Shown here one piece after another: positions 45,197-56,151 of a DNA stretch of 64,000 nt. Source of the stretch: a virus; the IMG/VR virus record IMGVR_UViG_3300009503_000020, positions 56,718 to 120,717 of that record; one strand, given 5' to 3'. Position 1 is the stretch's first letter. Every line of letters starts with the position of its first letter. The notes beneath the pieces were generated by a model. The model had not been told where the DNA came from. It saw only the letters and a list, made by a program, of their open reading frames with translations, and did no database searches. Position numbers and translations under genes: made by a program.

Positions 45197-47280
45197 TTCT
45201 CTATGAGTTCTAGCTTCTTCTTTTTCAACTCTAGTTCAATCTTTCTCTCTTCAGGAGTCTTACTTCTCTTCTTAAGCTCATCATCTATTATCTTTGCTAG
45301 AGCTTCATCCTCCATGCTTAGGTGTTTCTTTCTGATAAGTTCACCTTCCCACTTGTGTAGCCCTTGTTTCTTTATCCACTGTGTTGCTTGTTCAACTGTC
45401 CATTCATCTGAGAACCTTACTCTAGATACTCTAGCTCCATGAATTGTCCCTGGTCTAGGATACAAACATACTAGTACTTCTAGAACTTGCTTGGGTGCAT
45501 CCTTCAATTCTGGAATGTAGTCTTCAGGATTGTCTACACATCTGGAGAATGCCTTCTGGTCATATATCTCTAACCAGAAGTAGTTCCAACCCTCTTTCTT
45601 TTCAACTTTGAATGGTATGTAGTAGTCACCTTTAGTAGGATCTCCACTCCTAGCTAATGCGTGAGGAAGCTTAGCTCTCTCAAGTACTCCTCCTCTTCCT
45701 TCTTTATTGATATAAACATAGTATCCTTTCAACTTATTGCCATGAAATATCATTGAGATGAAGTTAGGAGGAGACATATCTATCAAGTTAACTGTACCTT
45801 CATCCACTGGAGTAACATAAGTAACTAGATCTCCTACCATCATCTTAGTCTTAGGCTTATCTATAGCCATCCACTTCTGTATATCTCTGCATATCTTCCA
45901 GACTGCCTTAGCTGATTCTCCTTCTTGAGTCATTTCAGAAGGATCAGCATAGACATTGAATTCAAAACCTTCAGAGATACGGATATCCCAGTGTTTTTTC
46001 AAACCTTCAGGAGTTTCTATCTCATGAATCTGCAAGACAAACTTAGCTTCTTTTAACTCCTCTGCACTTAGTTTCTCTATTGTATAAATAGATGACCCTT
46101 CCTCTTCCTGGGTAATAGTGAACTCTCCTTTCATTTCCTTACCTTTGAAATCTGCTCTTATCAGCTCAGCTCCTTCTTCAGTCTCTCTTTTGAGAGTGAC
46201 TGTTCCTTGATCAACTATTTGCATCTTAGCTGTAAGAGTCTTAGAGGGATTGTACTTAGTGAGGGGAGGAATATCACCTTCATAGTCAAACCACTTCTTA
46301 TCAACAGTCCCTTCATATTCAAGAGGAACAGGAGAGAATCTAGTGAAATCTAAATCAGAAGACCAAGAGTATACCTTGTCTCCTTCTTTAATTCTTAGGA
46401 ACCACTTCTGATGAGGGATTCCTCTAACTACTATTTGTCCCATATAAGAGAGATACTGAACAGTAAACCTAGTTGCTGCTTCTTCTTCCTTAGACTTAAT
46501 ACCTTTCTCCCATGCCTCTTTAACCCATTTCTCCCACTCTTTGTATAGCTCACCTGTTCTCCAATCAGGAGGAACTGGAATGTAACCTTTAGGAGGAACC
46601 CACTTCTTCTTGAAACCTCTAGCTAGACAGTAAGGAGTTTGATCTCCAGGAACTAAGACTCTCCACATTAGTTCAGTTCCTGGTCTTGGTTTTTTCGTTT
46701 CAGGATCAATAACTTGTACATTAACTGCTCTCACAACTACTCTTGTCCAGTCACCACCAAAAGGACCCTCATTGTTGTCACTCTTCAAGAAATATTCATG
46801 GAAGTAAGGTTTTTGAACACCAAAGTGTACCCTTCCTTTATCTACTATAACAAATACTCCAGGATATTCTTTAGTTGAGCCTACTTGTCCTGGCTTAACT
46901 ACACCTTCCACTGTTAACCATACTTTAGGTTGCCTCGCCTTTGTCTCTGCTCTGAAACCCTTGTTCTTGTTGTTCTTAGTAAATTCTATTTTTACTTTCT
47001 TAACCATCTCTCTTCCATCTTCAATAGTGTAGCATGTCTTTGGAACTCCTCCTGGAGTTAATACTGTCCAACCTACTAGATGGTCATCAACTTCCATTCT
47101 CCAGTCAGTATGCACAGAGCGCCCTCTGATGTGCCATTGCATAACATATCTCATTTCTTTCTTAGGTGGAGGATATTCCATGTAAGGTGCTAGAAGAGCA
47201 CCTCCTTGCCCTCCCTCTCCTTCTTTTGGAATAGCTTTCATTACTTCTAACCAGTTAATCATGCTACTCTTGATTTTCAT
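45172..47280 (-). CDS. Protein with three LigD 3'-phosphoesterase-like domains
   Basis: YVMQWHIRGRSVHTDWRME and FVLQIH...KHWDIRI match the PE motif Q-x-H...H-x-D-x-R; the middle copy is degenerate; D.G.V...F.G.KLKG C-terminal elements. Confidence 0.7.
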   Translation of the reverse strand: MKIKSSMINWLEVMKAIPKEGEGGQGGALLAPYMEYPPPKKEMRYVMQWHIRGRSVHTDWRMEVDDHLVGWTVLTPGGVPKTCYTIEDGREMVKKVKIEFTKNNKNKGFRAETKARQPKVWLTVEGVVKPGQVGSTKEYPGVFVIVDKGRVHFGVQKPYFHEYFLKSDNNEGPFGGDWTRVVVRAVNVQVIDPETKKPRPGTELMWRVLVPGDQTPYCLARGFKKKWVPPKGYIPVPPDWRTGELYKEWEKWVKEAWEKGIKSKEEEAATRFTVQYLSYMGQIVVRGIPHQKWFLRIKEGDKVYSWSSDLDFTRFSPVPLEYEGTVDKKWFDYEGDIPPLTKYNPSKTLTAKMQIVDQGTVTLKRETEEGAELIRADFKGKEMKGEFTITQEEEGSSIYTIEKLSAEELKEAKFVLQIHEIETPEGLKKHWDIRISEGFEFNVYADPSEMTQEGESAKAVWKICRDIQKWMAIDKPKTKMMVGDLVTYVTPVDEGTVNLIDMSPPNFISMIFHGNKLKGYYVYINKEGRGGVLERAKLPHALARSGDPTKGDYYIPFKVEKKEGWNYFWLEIYDQKAFSRCVDNPEDYIPELKDAPKQVLEVLVCLYPRPGTIHGARVSRVRFSDEWTVEQATQWIKKQGLHKWEGELIRKKHLSMEDEALAKIIDDELKKRSKTPEERKIELELKKKKLELIEKWLKAQES

Positions 47281-50200
47281 CTATCTCCTCACCTGTATCT
47301 TCATCTACTTCACTCTGAACTTTCCACTCTTTATAACCATAGTAGTAGGATTTCACATATCTACACTTGTAATGGTTAGCAAAGGGACACACTATTGGAT
47401 ATTTGAGGTACTCTACTAAGATACTACTTAAGTTATCTCTAGGCATCCTAAATCTTTCTTTGAGTGGACAAATTCTCTCATCATTCCAGAAAGGACAGAT
47501 AGGCAAATCAAAGACCCAAGCTCCTAGTTGTTCAGGAGGTGGACCTGTGCCTATAGCTACTAACTTCTTGACCACATCTATTGAATCTGGTTCTTTCTTT
47601 GCAGGATGTTTTCCTTCATAGTATGGGAACATCCATGTATAGTATATCTTTCCTTTAGGATCTTTAAACTCAGCTATTCTGATAGGTCTTACAGTTACAA
47701 TAGTACCTGGACTTACTTTCTCTCCTGTGGCATAAGTTCTACCTATCCAGAGATAGCACTTACCATCTCTCTTTACTATATCTCTCTCCCTATATTTGTC
47801 TAAGTCTTTGCAAGGAACTGCGAAGATGCACTCATACAAGTATTGATTAAGAGGCTTCCCTTCTTTTGTCTTCTTCTGTATCACTTTCCAGACCATCACA
47901 TCTATCTCTTTAAGGTTCTTAAGTTTAGCCCAATCAGCAGCTCTGTTCTCTCCTGAATACTTAATTGGGTAGATTGAATCAGATGCTTTAGCTACTATAC
48001 CTTCTGAGTTCATCAAGGAACGATATTTCTTTGCTAACCTGAAGAATGTTTTCATGTCAGTGGCTTTTTCACCGTCTATCCTCTTCCAATGCCTCAAATT
48101 ATCTGGAAAGACTTTCTTAATTGCTTCCCATCTTTCTACATATGGCTTGTCATTCAAAGGTTCTCCATTCAAGTATGTACAGTCATGCACGTGGAAGACT
48201 ACATTCTCATCATCTAATTCCTTCTTCTCTGCTCCTATCCATTTGATCATCTCTTCACGAGGTACTTGTTCACACATGTCTGGATGAGAAACTTTCTTGT
48301 CTCCACAAGCATACTCTACCATCTCTGCATCTATAATAAAAGAGTCAGCTTTCTTGTTCTTAAGTAACTCTGCAAGTGATTTCTTGAAGACAGAAGCTCT
48401 ATCTCTTTCTCTATCTTCAGTAATAAACTTGCATTGGTTTCCTTTGCAGTGGACCTGGAACCTCATGCCATCAAACTTCTTCTGTACTATTATCCCTTTA
48501 TCAATGTACTTCTTAGCCCATTTATCCCACATCTCTTTTATATCCCAAAACTCATTTTTCTGAAAACCTGACTTTGGTTTTAGTCCAATGTATGGTTTGA
48601 ATATCTCTGCCTTTGCTCCAGCTAAGAATTCAAAAGGAGAAGTTCTTCGCATCTCATCATCTGAGACTCTTTCAAAAGAGAGTCGATAAACAGGAACTGT
48701 CATTCCAATGTGAGGTCCCTTTGAGTCCCAAACAAAGTGAAGACGCTTAGCTACTTCTGGATCTCTCTCAGATATCTCATTGAGAAATGCTCTTATTGTT
48801 GGGACATGATACCAACCTTGTTTGAACAATAAGTCTATATCATGAGATGCAGGTATCTTGCCTTCATTGACTACTCTCCCACATAGATAGACATGAATAG
48901 GATCTTCAACGAACACTTTCTCTGGAAATGCCTTCAGTACTCTTTCAAGAGTGATCTCCTCTTCTGAGGATATTTGTTGAGGAACTCCTTCTTCAGGTTC
49001 AGGATACTCAATAACTTCAAGAGATGTTGCTCTGTCTAGTCCATCTTCTATCTGATGAGGAAGTTTTCTCTTCTGCATTTCTTTCCAGACAAAGATGTGA
49101 GCATTCTGAAGAGGCTCTGTCACCTTTCCTAGCTTCTTGAATATCTCATGTAGCTTCTTGTGTAGAGCCATAAGTTGGTCGTCTGTTAGCTTAGAGACAT
49201 AGACATCATCTATATCCTCTAAGTTAGGAATACCTACCTGAGTTGGTTCTGGTACTGTCTTAGCTTTCTCTTCTGTTTCTTTCCAGGGAATCTTATCTAC
49301 ACCTATTTCTTTAATAACAGTCTCAAAGAGTTCTCTTGCGTGTTTCTTGTAAGTTTCAGGCTTGTTAAAGGTAGCTCCTCTGTCAATTAATTCTTTAACT
49401 ATTGCTACTGCTAGTTTCTTGCAATCCTCTTCTGTTATTGGTAAGTCTCCTACATCTGTGTGCTTAGTTATCTTCTTGCCTCTCTTGATAGAAGAATACC
49501 AACCTAGTACGATACGGAAATCATCTCCTACCTGAGCTCTTGTATACTTCTTCAAGTTCTTAATGTATTGATTAACCCAGTCTTTCGTTGCTTCTTTGAT
49601 TAGTTCTGTTTGGAGTAGACCTCTGTTGAACATCTCTTCAGATACTTTAGCAAACAACTCATCTGATATCTCTAAGTCTGCAAAGTCAAATAAGTCAAGG
49701 ATAGTTAGTGACTTCAAGTCCTGAAACTTAATGTTCTTAGCATCCACAAAGACCTGGATACCTTTTGGGAGTTTGACAGGAATAGGAGGCTCAAACTGTT
49801 CATCTATCCTAAACTCATAAGCATAAAGAGGAGCATCTTCTTTCCAACCCCAATGCTTGAATGCTTCTTCATCTGTTATTTGATGCTTGTCTCTTAGCTT
49901 CTTGAATTCTTCAGGACTTATCTCATAAGGCTCTTTGAGAGTAATGATACCAAAGCAGAGTTTATCTTGCAATAGATACAATGGTTCGTTAATGTGACTA
50001 GTGAACTTCTTAGACTTAACAATTAACGTCTTCTGTCCAGTCATAATCATCTCTGCATGAGGAGCCACTAGGTATAGACCTGCCTTAGGCTGAATCTTAG
50101 CTATTGTTTTAGGACTAACAGGTTCTACTTCTTCAGTTGTAGTCTTACCCAATTCAGATTTCTCCTCTAGAGTTATCTCTTTACCATCGAAAGCTGGTTC

Positions 50201-50827
50201 TACTTTAATACTATCTGAGTACCCTCTTATTTGTTCCTTTCCTTTCTCAACGTCCTTTAAGAACCACTCTCCAAAGTGAGTGACAATTATACGTTTAGCA
50301 TTCAACTTCTTAAAGAGATCTGCTAGATTAGGGATACCAGCATGTCCATACACTTCTCCTGTCTTCTTATCTCTTCTTATCATGCCTCCCTTCCTGTTGA
50401 ATGACCCATCAGTTATTACTAAGTCTAGGTCTTTCAACAGATCCTGATATTTCTTCTTAATCCAAATAAGATCTCCAGTGTACAAAACTCTAAGGTGATC
50501 CTTCTCAATCAAGTAAGCTACAGACCTCACTTTCTTTGAATGAATAGTAGGGATGGGTGTAACTTTTATGTCTCCAACTTTCATAGGCTCCAGGAGTTTA
50601 ATATTTTCTGGATAGAAAAAGTGTGGAGGAGGTTCTTCTTTAGTTCCTATCCAGAATGCATGATCTGGATGGAGATGGGTACAGAAAATCTCTTTAGGCT
50701 TTAGGTCTAGAAACTCCTTCTCACCTACATCAAACAGAATTCCATCTATGAGAATCCCTGAATGCTTCTTGTGCATAGGTGCAGAGGAGTCTACTTCGCC
50801 ACGAGTGCCAAGAAACTTTATGTGCAT
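47264..50827 (-). CDS. Multidomain protein: MBL hydrolase + ASCH-like + Pol-beta NTase-like + ATP-dependent DNA ligase
   Basis: FLGT, THLHPDH, TGD and THF (MBL); LYLVAPHAEMIMTGQKTLIV (ASCH); LCG...HDIDLL (NTase); KKFDG, DAE, VHD, EGIVAK and WAKLK plus OB domain (ligase). Confidence 0.85.
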   Translation of the reverse strand: MHIKFLGTRGEVDSSAPMHKKHSGILIDGILFDVGEKEFLDLKPKEIFCTHLHPDHAFWIGTKEEPPPHFFYPENIKLLEPMKVGDIKVTPIPTIHSKKVRSVAYLIEKDHLRVLYTGDLIWIKKKYQDLLKDLDLVITDGSFNRKGGMIRRDKKTGEVYGHAGIPNLADLFKKLNAKRIIVTHFGEWFLKDVEKGKEQIRGYSDSIKVEPAFDGKEITLEEKSELGKTTTEEVEPVSPKTIAKIQPKAGLYLVAPHAEMIMTGQKTLIVKSKKFTSHINEPLYLLQDKLCFGIITLKEPYEISPEEFKKLRDKHQITDEEAFKHWGWKEDAPLYAYEFRIDEQFEPPIPVKLPKGIQVFVDAKNIKFQDLKSLTILDLFDFADLEISDELFAKVSEEMFNRGLLQTELIKEATKDWVNQYIKNLKKYTRAQVGDDFRIVLGWYSSIKRGKKITKHTDVGDLPITEEDCKKLAVAIVKELIDRGATFNKPETYKKHARELFETVIKEIGVDKIPWKETEEKAKTVPEPTQVGIPNLEDIDDVYVSKLTDDQLMALHKKLHEIFKKLGKVTEPLQNAHIFVWKEMQKRKLPHQIEDGLDRATSLEVIEYPEPEEGVPQQISSEEEITLERVLKAFPEKVFVEDPIHVYLCGRVVNEGKIPASHDIDLLFKQGWYHVPTIRAFLNEISERDPEVAKRLHFVWDSKGPHIGMTVPVYRLSFERVSDDEMRRTSPFEFLAGAKAEIFKPYIGLKPKSGFQKNEFWDIKEMWDKWAKKYIDKGIIVQKKFDGMRFQVHCKGNQCKFITEDRERDRASVFKKSLAELLKNKKADSFIIDAEMVEYACGDKKVSHPDMCEQVPREEMIKWIGAEKKELDDENVVFHVHDCTYLNGEPLNDKPYVERWEAIKKVFPDNLRHWKRIDGEKATDMKTFFRLAKKYRSLMNSEGIVAKASDSIYPIKYSGENRAADWAKLKNLKEIDVMVWKVIQKKTKEGKPLNQYLYECIFAVPCKDLDKYRERDIVKRDGKCYLWIGRTYATGEKVSPGTIVTVRPIRIAEFKDPKGKIYYTWMFPYYEGKHPAKKEPDSIDVVKKLVAIGTGPPPEQLGAWVFDLPICPFWNDERICPLKERFRMPRDNLSSILVEYLKYPIVCPFANHYKCRYVKSYYYGYKEWKVQSEVDEDTGEEIDENQE

Positions 50828-50831
50828 CTAA

Positions 50832-51158
50832 TCACGCTACATAGGCTTCTTTTTTTAGAGAGGAATATTCATCTTTGAGTTTATTTTTCATCATCATAGT
50901 GTACTTAGTGTCAAGTTCCAAGAAGTCAACTGTCAGTTTCTCAAATGCTACAGCTAACTTCTCCAGTTCATCTGCACTAAAGCGTTCCATGACAGTGGCA
51001 TTTGTCAACCAAGAATTCCAACCAGTTACTGAACTAGCTAGTGCTGAGTTCATATATGTTAATTTAGAGACAAAGGATAACCTATCATCTACTTTCCATT
51101 TCTTTATCTTCTCTATTTCTTTCAATGTCTCTTGTATCCAATCTTTTTCTTCTGACAT
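50832..51158 (-). CDS. Hypothetical helical protein
   Basis: 108-aa ORF with AGG RBS, contiguous. Confidence 0.55.
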   Translation of the reverse strand: MSEEKDWIQETLKEIEKIKKWKVDDRLSFVSKLTYMNSALASSVTGWNSWLTNATVMERFSADELEKLAVAFEKLTVDFLELDTKYTMMMKNKLKDEYSSLKKEAYVA

Positions 51159-51159
51159 T

Positions 51160-51480
51160 TTATCCTACATCCTCTATTATTTTTATCACTATATCTGGTG
51201 CAGTCAACTGTTGTCCATTCACATATATTATTTCTATTTCACCTTTATATTCTCCAGATAAGTCAACAAACGTAGTACCAGCATCAAAACTTACTTTCCC
51301 AGAAGTAGCATCCTCGACTGTCCCTGTTAGAGAAAACATCATGTCATTGCCATACTTTTTAAACTTGAGAACTACAGAAGAAACTGCTGCTAGGGAAACA
51401 GCATTGCCTTCCTCATCTTTAATATAGAAGACTAGGGGAAAGTTCTTGTCTCCTTTTACTATATTAATAACTGTGCCCAT
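51160..51480 (-). CDS. BppU N-terminal-like Ig domain protein
   Basis: IVKGD..PLVFYIKDEEGNAVSL...DATSGKVSF...GEYKGEIEI. Confidence 0.65.
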   Translation of the reverse strand: MGTVINIVKGDKNFPLVFYIKDEEGNAVSLAAVSSVVLKFKKYGNDMMFSLTGTVEDATSGKVSFDAGTTFVDLSGEYKGEIEIIYVNGQQLTAPDIVIKIIEDVG

Positions 51481-51540
51481 TTTCTACCCTAACCTACTTT
51501 CCAAGACTACATATTTATTCATTGCCTCTTTGCTTGACAA

Positions 51541-54500
51541 TCATCTTCTTCTTACTTTTGCAAAGTATTTTTCTCTCCACCTTAGGTATCCAAAGTAACT
51601 CGCTTTCCAGATAAGTCTTGCAAATGCAATTAGAGGAATGGGAGGTATCTCCCATTTGTCCTGAAGTGTTAAACTTGCACTCAATGATAAAATAAATGAA
51701 CACAATCTTGAAAAAGTGGGAAGAAGTTTCAAGCTTTCTATACACTTATGAGAGAATGATCTGGTCCATTTCTCCAACAGTTGAAGAGCTTCAGTTAGGG
51801 AGAGAAGTCTTGTTTTAGTTAATGAAGCATTCAAGGTAAGACTTGACAACATTTCTTTTCTTTCTTCCTTTTGGATATTAGCAAGAGAGAAGAGCGATTC
51901 CAATACTAGCTTATAACTTAGAGAAATGAAGAACTCTTCCAGAGTTAAAAATGCAAGAATCAACTGGCCTATTCGTTTTATGACTGTCTCAGAAGCAGAA
52001 AGCACTTCTGTAGCTAACTTATAACTTTGAACAAGACGATGTTCCTCTAGTGTTAATGAGGAAACAATTGACGTGCTTGTTTGTTTCAAAGTAACATCAG
52101 AAGGAACAAACAATTCAAAAATCGATTTGTCAATTTGTTTTCTGATAGCGTCTAGAGAAGTAAAGAGTCCAAAAACTGTCTTTCCTATTTGTTTTGTGAC
52201 AGCTTCTAAAGAACTGAGACATTCAACAAGAGTCCTGAAGAAATAGGCTGAAGATGTTCTCGAAGCAATAAGGAACAAAGTTTCAAAACATAAGATGTAT
52301 TTGAAGGGACTAACAGTATGCACCAGTTTCAAAGAATCAACTATAGTTCTTAAGTATTGTATTTCTCTCTCAAAAGTGCCTGTTAAAGTTAGCAATTCAG
52401 TATATGTCTTTTTAGCTGTCCAAGTTCGATTGTAAATATCTGACAAGCTGACAAGTTCATTTGTTATAGCTGCCCTAGCTTCTAATATTGAATAAGCAAG
52501 TCCCAAACTCTCGATTAAAGTCTGGATAATAAAACTTTCCTCACTTCCCCAACTTCCATGAGCAGGTTCAGGGTCAACCCATTTCCGCACAAAGACCCAA
52601 TCCACATACATATCTACTGAATTGGATGTTCCATCATTATAACCATAAATATAGAATCCTAACAATATTTTAAGCAATGTTCCAGATGCAAATGTACAAG
52701 TAGTTGTCCATGAGCTTGAGTCCCGCTCATATTTTGAACCAGATGAGTTATGAGCACTTCTGCAAATGTAATTCGTATTTGTTGCCCATGTGACAACCTC
52801 CCAATATCCGCTGCTAGTACCCGCAATATAATAATCATATGAATCAGGTGATGTTGCTAACCAGAAAAAGTAGTAACCGTTAGACCTTGCATTAAAACCA
52901 TATTGTCTAACAGTTGGGAGGGATGCGAAACGCATCTTACATTCAAACTTCTTATTTAAAGGGTCAATTCCATTGAGCGCTTGTATTGCTGGGTTAACTC
53001 CAGTTGAAGGAGCAGAATAAATGCGTACTTCACTATTAGCAACAGTTATAGAACCTTTCCCAGCATTCCACTGCCACTTGCTAGAATCAAGACTTGTCCC
53101 AAGAAAATCATCAAAGAATATAAACGTATTATCTCCATTACTTGTTGTTGTAGCAGTTGCATTCCCATAATAAATGTAAATTGTAGCGGTGTTTGTGCTT
53201 AGGTCATCTGCAACTTCAACCCAGAAAATAGCAACGGTTTTTTTTCCATCCAATACGTTAAGAGAAGGTTCAATTAGTAAACCATGCCCTAAATTCGTAG
53301 TTGAAGAACTATAACCACCATAATATATCCATAGTTCATTGTTTGTAGCATTAAATGTTGACTTCGTAATGTCATCAGTCATAACCCACACCGCATCAAT
53401 AACTGTTCCTTCCCATGAACTACCAGCAACTGTTGAATGTGCTACTTGAATAAATGTTCTACTGCTTGAATAAAATGTTGGTGAAGTATCTTTGTAAAGC
53501 TCTAGACTGTTAGTTTGGTTATTGAAAATAAACAAATAGTAGTAACTTCCATACTTAACAACACTTGTCATATAGCGTCCATTAGTGAAAATAGGATTGT
53601 TTGAGTCTCTAGTCCAGTTAATAAGGTCAGTAGACGTTGCTAACCCAGTTGCTCTATTCGTACCTGAGGCAACATTGTTATACCAAAGATAATAAGTAGT
53701 TCCTACTTTTATTACACTCCAAGGCTCACAATTTGTTTCCCATCCACCGATAGGTTCAAGAACAGGATTATCGCTGTTTTGAACAGTCCAAGTTATACCA
53801 TCAGGACTTGTAGCATAAAAAGTTCTCCATACACTGTCGCCAGAATAAACACCACTAAAAAGCATCTTATATGTAGAATCTTCCTTCCACACGTTTGCAC
53901 AAGTCACACCATTATTGTATTTTGTTCCTGCTTTACCTTCAAGCACTGGAGTAGAAGGATTATCTGTCCATCCCGTTTTTCCATCAGAGGACTGTGCACG
54001 ATAAATCTTTCTACCAGTTGCAGCGTATGGTTTAGTATAGTATTTATAATAGTAGCTTCCATCTTTCACTACACTTATAGGATAATCCATTCCAGTGTTG
54101 CTAAGAACTTGTATTGGATTACCAGAATATTCAGAATAGTTTTCTGTTCCAGTACCTTGGAACCAATAATCCAAAAGCGTAGTGCCATCAGACTCCGTGA
54201 ACCTCACATCACCAAAGTCTGTTCGACAATGCCGATTGAGATATACATCAGCACCACTATCTGTTCCAGTACCATAATGAGCTACTATTTTAACTTGATA
54301 GTTTGTTCCAGCGCCTGAAGAAGAGTTGAACATATGACATTTACGATAATTCCAACCAGAAAGCCAGTTGGGGATTTGTGCAAACTTCACATTGTATGGA
54401 CTTGCCGTTTTCGTCATGTATGCTAAACCTATTTTCCCATCATAAGCCTTATAGAAGCATGTGAGTCTGGAAGAATTGGACAACTGTTCTACGCTTTCAT

Positions 54501-55440
54501 CAATCCAGTCTCTCCATGGACCCCAAGTGCCAGATGAAGCCGTATATTTAATATAGTAGATGTGATTTGCAATCCAGCCACTAGGTGACCCAGTTGTTCT
54601 AGTTGCTGCGAAAACATATAAGTCATTTGTTGGTGTGATACTTATCACTGGAGCTGAGGTGCCTGTTGTAGCAGCCTTTAGTGTTGTTTCAGCACTAAAA
54701 GAGTTTGATAAGTAAGTGTATTTAACATAGCGAATGTCGTATGGGGAGGTTGTCAGAAAGACTACGTGAACATCATCTCCCTCAGCAACTGCTGTATAAT
54801 AATAATTTAGAAATATCCTCGATGTTGCAGCTACTTCTGTGCCCCAAGATGAACCATCCCATCTCTTTGCTTTCACAGGAGAATCTCCTGCATAGAGAAC
54901 AAGCATTTTTCCAGATGTCAATGGAATCGGAGTAACTCTCCAAGTATTATCTGAAATTGTTGACAGTTGAGTTATTGTTCCTGATCCAAAAATTCCATTG
55001 TTGTATTGGCTTTTAATTACGAAAGGATAATAATTCCAGCCATCGTAATCGAAATATCCAATCCAAACGTATCCATCTGAATCAACAGAAACCATAGCAT
55101 TAGCAGTGTGGTTATACTTTGTTGAAATAGTCTGCTCATTTGTACTCCAACTGATTGTCCCATCACTATTCGGTGTTCCCCTACGATAATATAACGAAGA
55201 AGACATAGCATAGACATAGTGTAGGTATGTTCCATCAAACCAAATGTTAAAGTAGGAAGCAGTTGCTGTTCTGATTGCTGTTGGTGATGTCCACGTTAGT
55301 CCATCCGTGCTTGTTCTATAAACCTCGTTAGTGCTATCATTATAAACAACCCAGAATCTTCCATTTGCATAGAAGCTTCTATGGCTGCAAGGCCAAACCG
55401 TTGCGTAAAAGTCTGCAGTTGTTCCAACAAGACTAGGCAA
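51541..55440 (-). CDS. Large adhesin-like protein: propeller + DUF2341 interrupted by a GH32/43-like propeller + lectin-like + repeat stalk
   Basis: WLSGWNYRK...DFGDVRFT...LLDYW, then an NPVLE...YKMLFSG...NPIF propeller, then FWVEV...IYIYYGN...FFDDF. C-terminal E-x-L-x-L-x-D/E repeats. TTG start. Confidence 0.7.
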   Translation of the reverse strand: MPSLVGTTADFYATVWPCSHRSFYANGRFWVVYNDSTNEVYRTSTDGLTWTSPTAIRTATASYFNIWFDGTYLHYVYAMSSSLYYRRGTPNSDGTISWSTNEQTISTKYNHTANAMVSVDSDGYVWIGYFDYDGWNYYPFVIKSQYNNGIFGSGTITQLSTISDNTWRVTPIPLTSGKMLVLYAGDSPVKAKRWDGSSWGTEVAATSRIFLNYYYTAVAEGDDVHVVFLTTSPYDIRYVKYTYLSNSFSAETTLKAATTGTSAPVISITPTNDLYVFAATRTTGSPSGWIANHIYYIKYTASSGTWGPWRDWIDESVEQLSNSSRLTCFYKAYDGKIGLAYMTKTASPYNVKFAQIPNWLSGWNYRKCHMFNSSSGAGTNYQVKIVAHYGTGTDSGADVYLNRHCRTDFGDVRFTESDGTTLLDYWFQGTGTENYSEYSGNPIQVLSNTGMDYPISVVKDGSYYYKYYTKPYAATGRKIYRAQSSDGKTGWTDNPSTPVLEGKAGTKYNNGVTCANVWKEDSTYKMLFSGVYSGDSVWRTFYATSPDGITWTVQNSDNPVLEPIGGWETNCEPWSVIKVGTTYYLWYNNVASGTNRATGLATSTDLINWTRDSNNPIFTNGRYMTSVVKYGSYYYLFIFNNQTNSLELYKDTSPTFYSSSRTFIQVAHSTVAGSSWEGTVIDAVWVMTDDITKSTFNATNNELWIYYGGYSSSTTNLGHGLLIEPSLNVLDGKKTVAIFWVEVADDLSTNTATIYIYYGNATATTTSNGDNTFIFFDDFLGTSLDSSKWQWNAGKGSITVANSEVRIYSAPSTGVNPAIQALNGIDPLNKKFECKMRFASLPTVRQYGFNARSNGYYFFWLATSPDSYDYYIAGTSSGYWEVVTWATNTNYICRSAHNSSGSKYERDSSSWTTTCTFASGTLLKILLGFYIYGYNDGTSNSVDMYVDWVFVRKWVDPEPAHGSWGSEESFIIQTLIESLGLAYSILEARAAITNELVSLSDIYNRTWTAKKTYTELLTLTGTFEREIQYLRTIVDSLKLVHTVSPFKYILCFETLFLIASRTSSAYFFRTLVECLSSLEAVTKQIGKTVFGLFTSLDAIRKQIDKSIFELFVPSDVTLKQTSTSIVSSLTLEEHRLVQSYKLATEVLSASETVIKRIGQLILAFLTLEEFFISLSYKLVLESLFSLANIQKEERKEMLSSLTLNASLTKTRLLSLTEALQLLEKWTRSFSHKCIESLKLLPTFSRLCSFILSLSASLTLQDKWEIPPIPLIAFARLIWKASYFGYLRWREKYFAKVRRR

Positions 55441-55443
55441 TGA

Positions 55444-55500
55444 TTATCCTTCCTCTGATCTTGTGGTTTTTTGACATTGCCAACCACTAAGCCAACTCAT
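55444..55500 (-). pseudogene. Relic 5' end of a DUF2341-type gene
   Basis: MSWLSGWQCQK, and one added base in the A6 run gives NHKIRG; this mirrors the internal [11 protein letters not shown] of the next gene. Confidence 0.4.
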
Positions 55501-55684
55501 TAGGAAGCCTCAGAAAGTAAAGAATTGTTTGGTTCTCTGAAACTTCGATACAGTAAACTTTTGCAATATCTCATTTTTCATGACATAGGGGTCTAGGCAA
55601 CATATTGTTTCACTTAGTCTGCTTTGATTTACAATCATATCCAACACTTAATTAGCACTGAAAAAGAAAGAAACTTCAAGAGCT

Positions 55685-56137
55685 TTAGCTTAATGTATAT
55701 TGCCAAGAGACAACTAGAGTGTCACTTGCTCCTTTGTTAATCACTGCAAATGTTTGTCTACATAGCATTGTGCCACCAGATGAAGCATTAAACAGACCTG
55801 ATTCTGTAATAGCTCCTGTGCCTACTCCAGCATCAAATGTAGCATCATTCTTCCAGATAGTATTAGCTGTTCTTGTATATCCTCCTGCAACTCTGGAAAT
55901 TTCTCCACCAAGAGCAGTATCTGAAGGAGAAGGAGCTGAAGTTGCTGTTCCAATAGCACAGTATCCAAAGCCAACTGGTTGTCCTGAAGTTTTGCCCATC
56001 ATGTCACAAACAGCAGCAAAACCAGTGTTCACTGTTATGTTCTTCACATGCCTGTAAGCCTTAAGCCTCTTGTTATCATCATACAGGAATACTTCAAACT
56101 CTCCTTTTAATCCAGTAAGTTCAAGCACATCATTCAC
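55685..56137 (-). CDS. Phage structural protein (tail-collar/fibre-anchor-like)
   Basis: KNITVNTG...AIGT..SAPS.SDTALGGE...ITESGLFNASSGGTML pattern, common in tailed-phage structural genes. Confidence 0.55.
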   Translation of the reverse strand: MNDVLELTGLKGEFEVFLYDDNKRLKAYRHVKNITVNTGFAAVCDMMGKTSGQPVGFGYCAIGTATSAPSPSDTALGGEISRVAGGYTRTANTIWKNDATFDAGVGTGAITESGLFNASSGGTMLCRQTFAVINKGASDTLVVSWQYTLS

Positions 56138-56151
56138 CTAAAAACATTAAC

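Noticed and set aside
55510-55640. 42-codon - strand ORF MIVNQSRLSETICC...
   Set aside because: No RBS or motif; the region follows a T-rich terminator-like tract and looks like decayed intergenic DNA.
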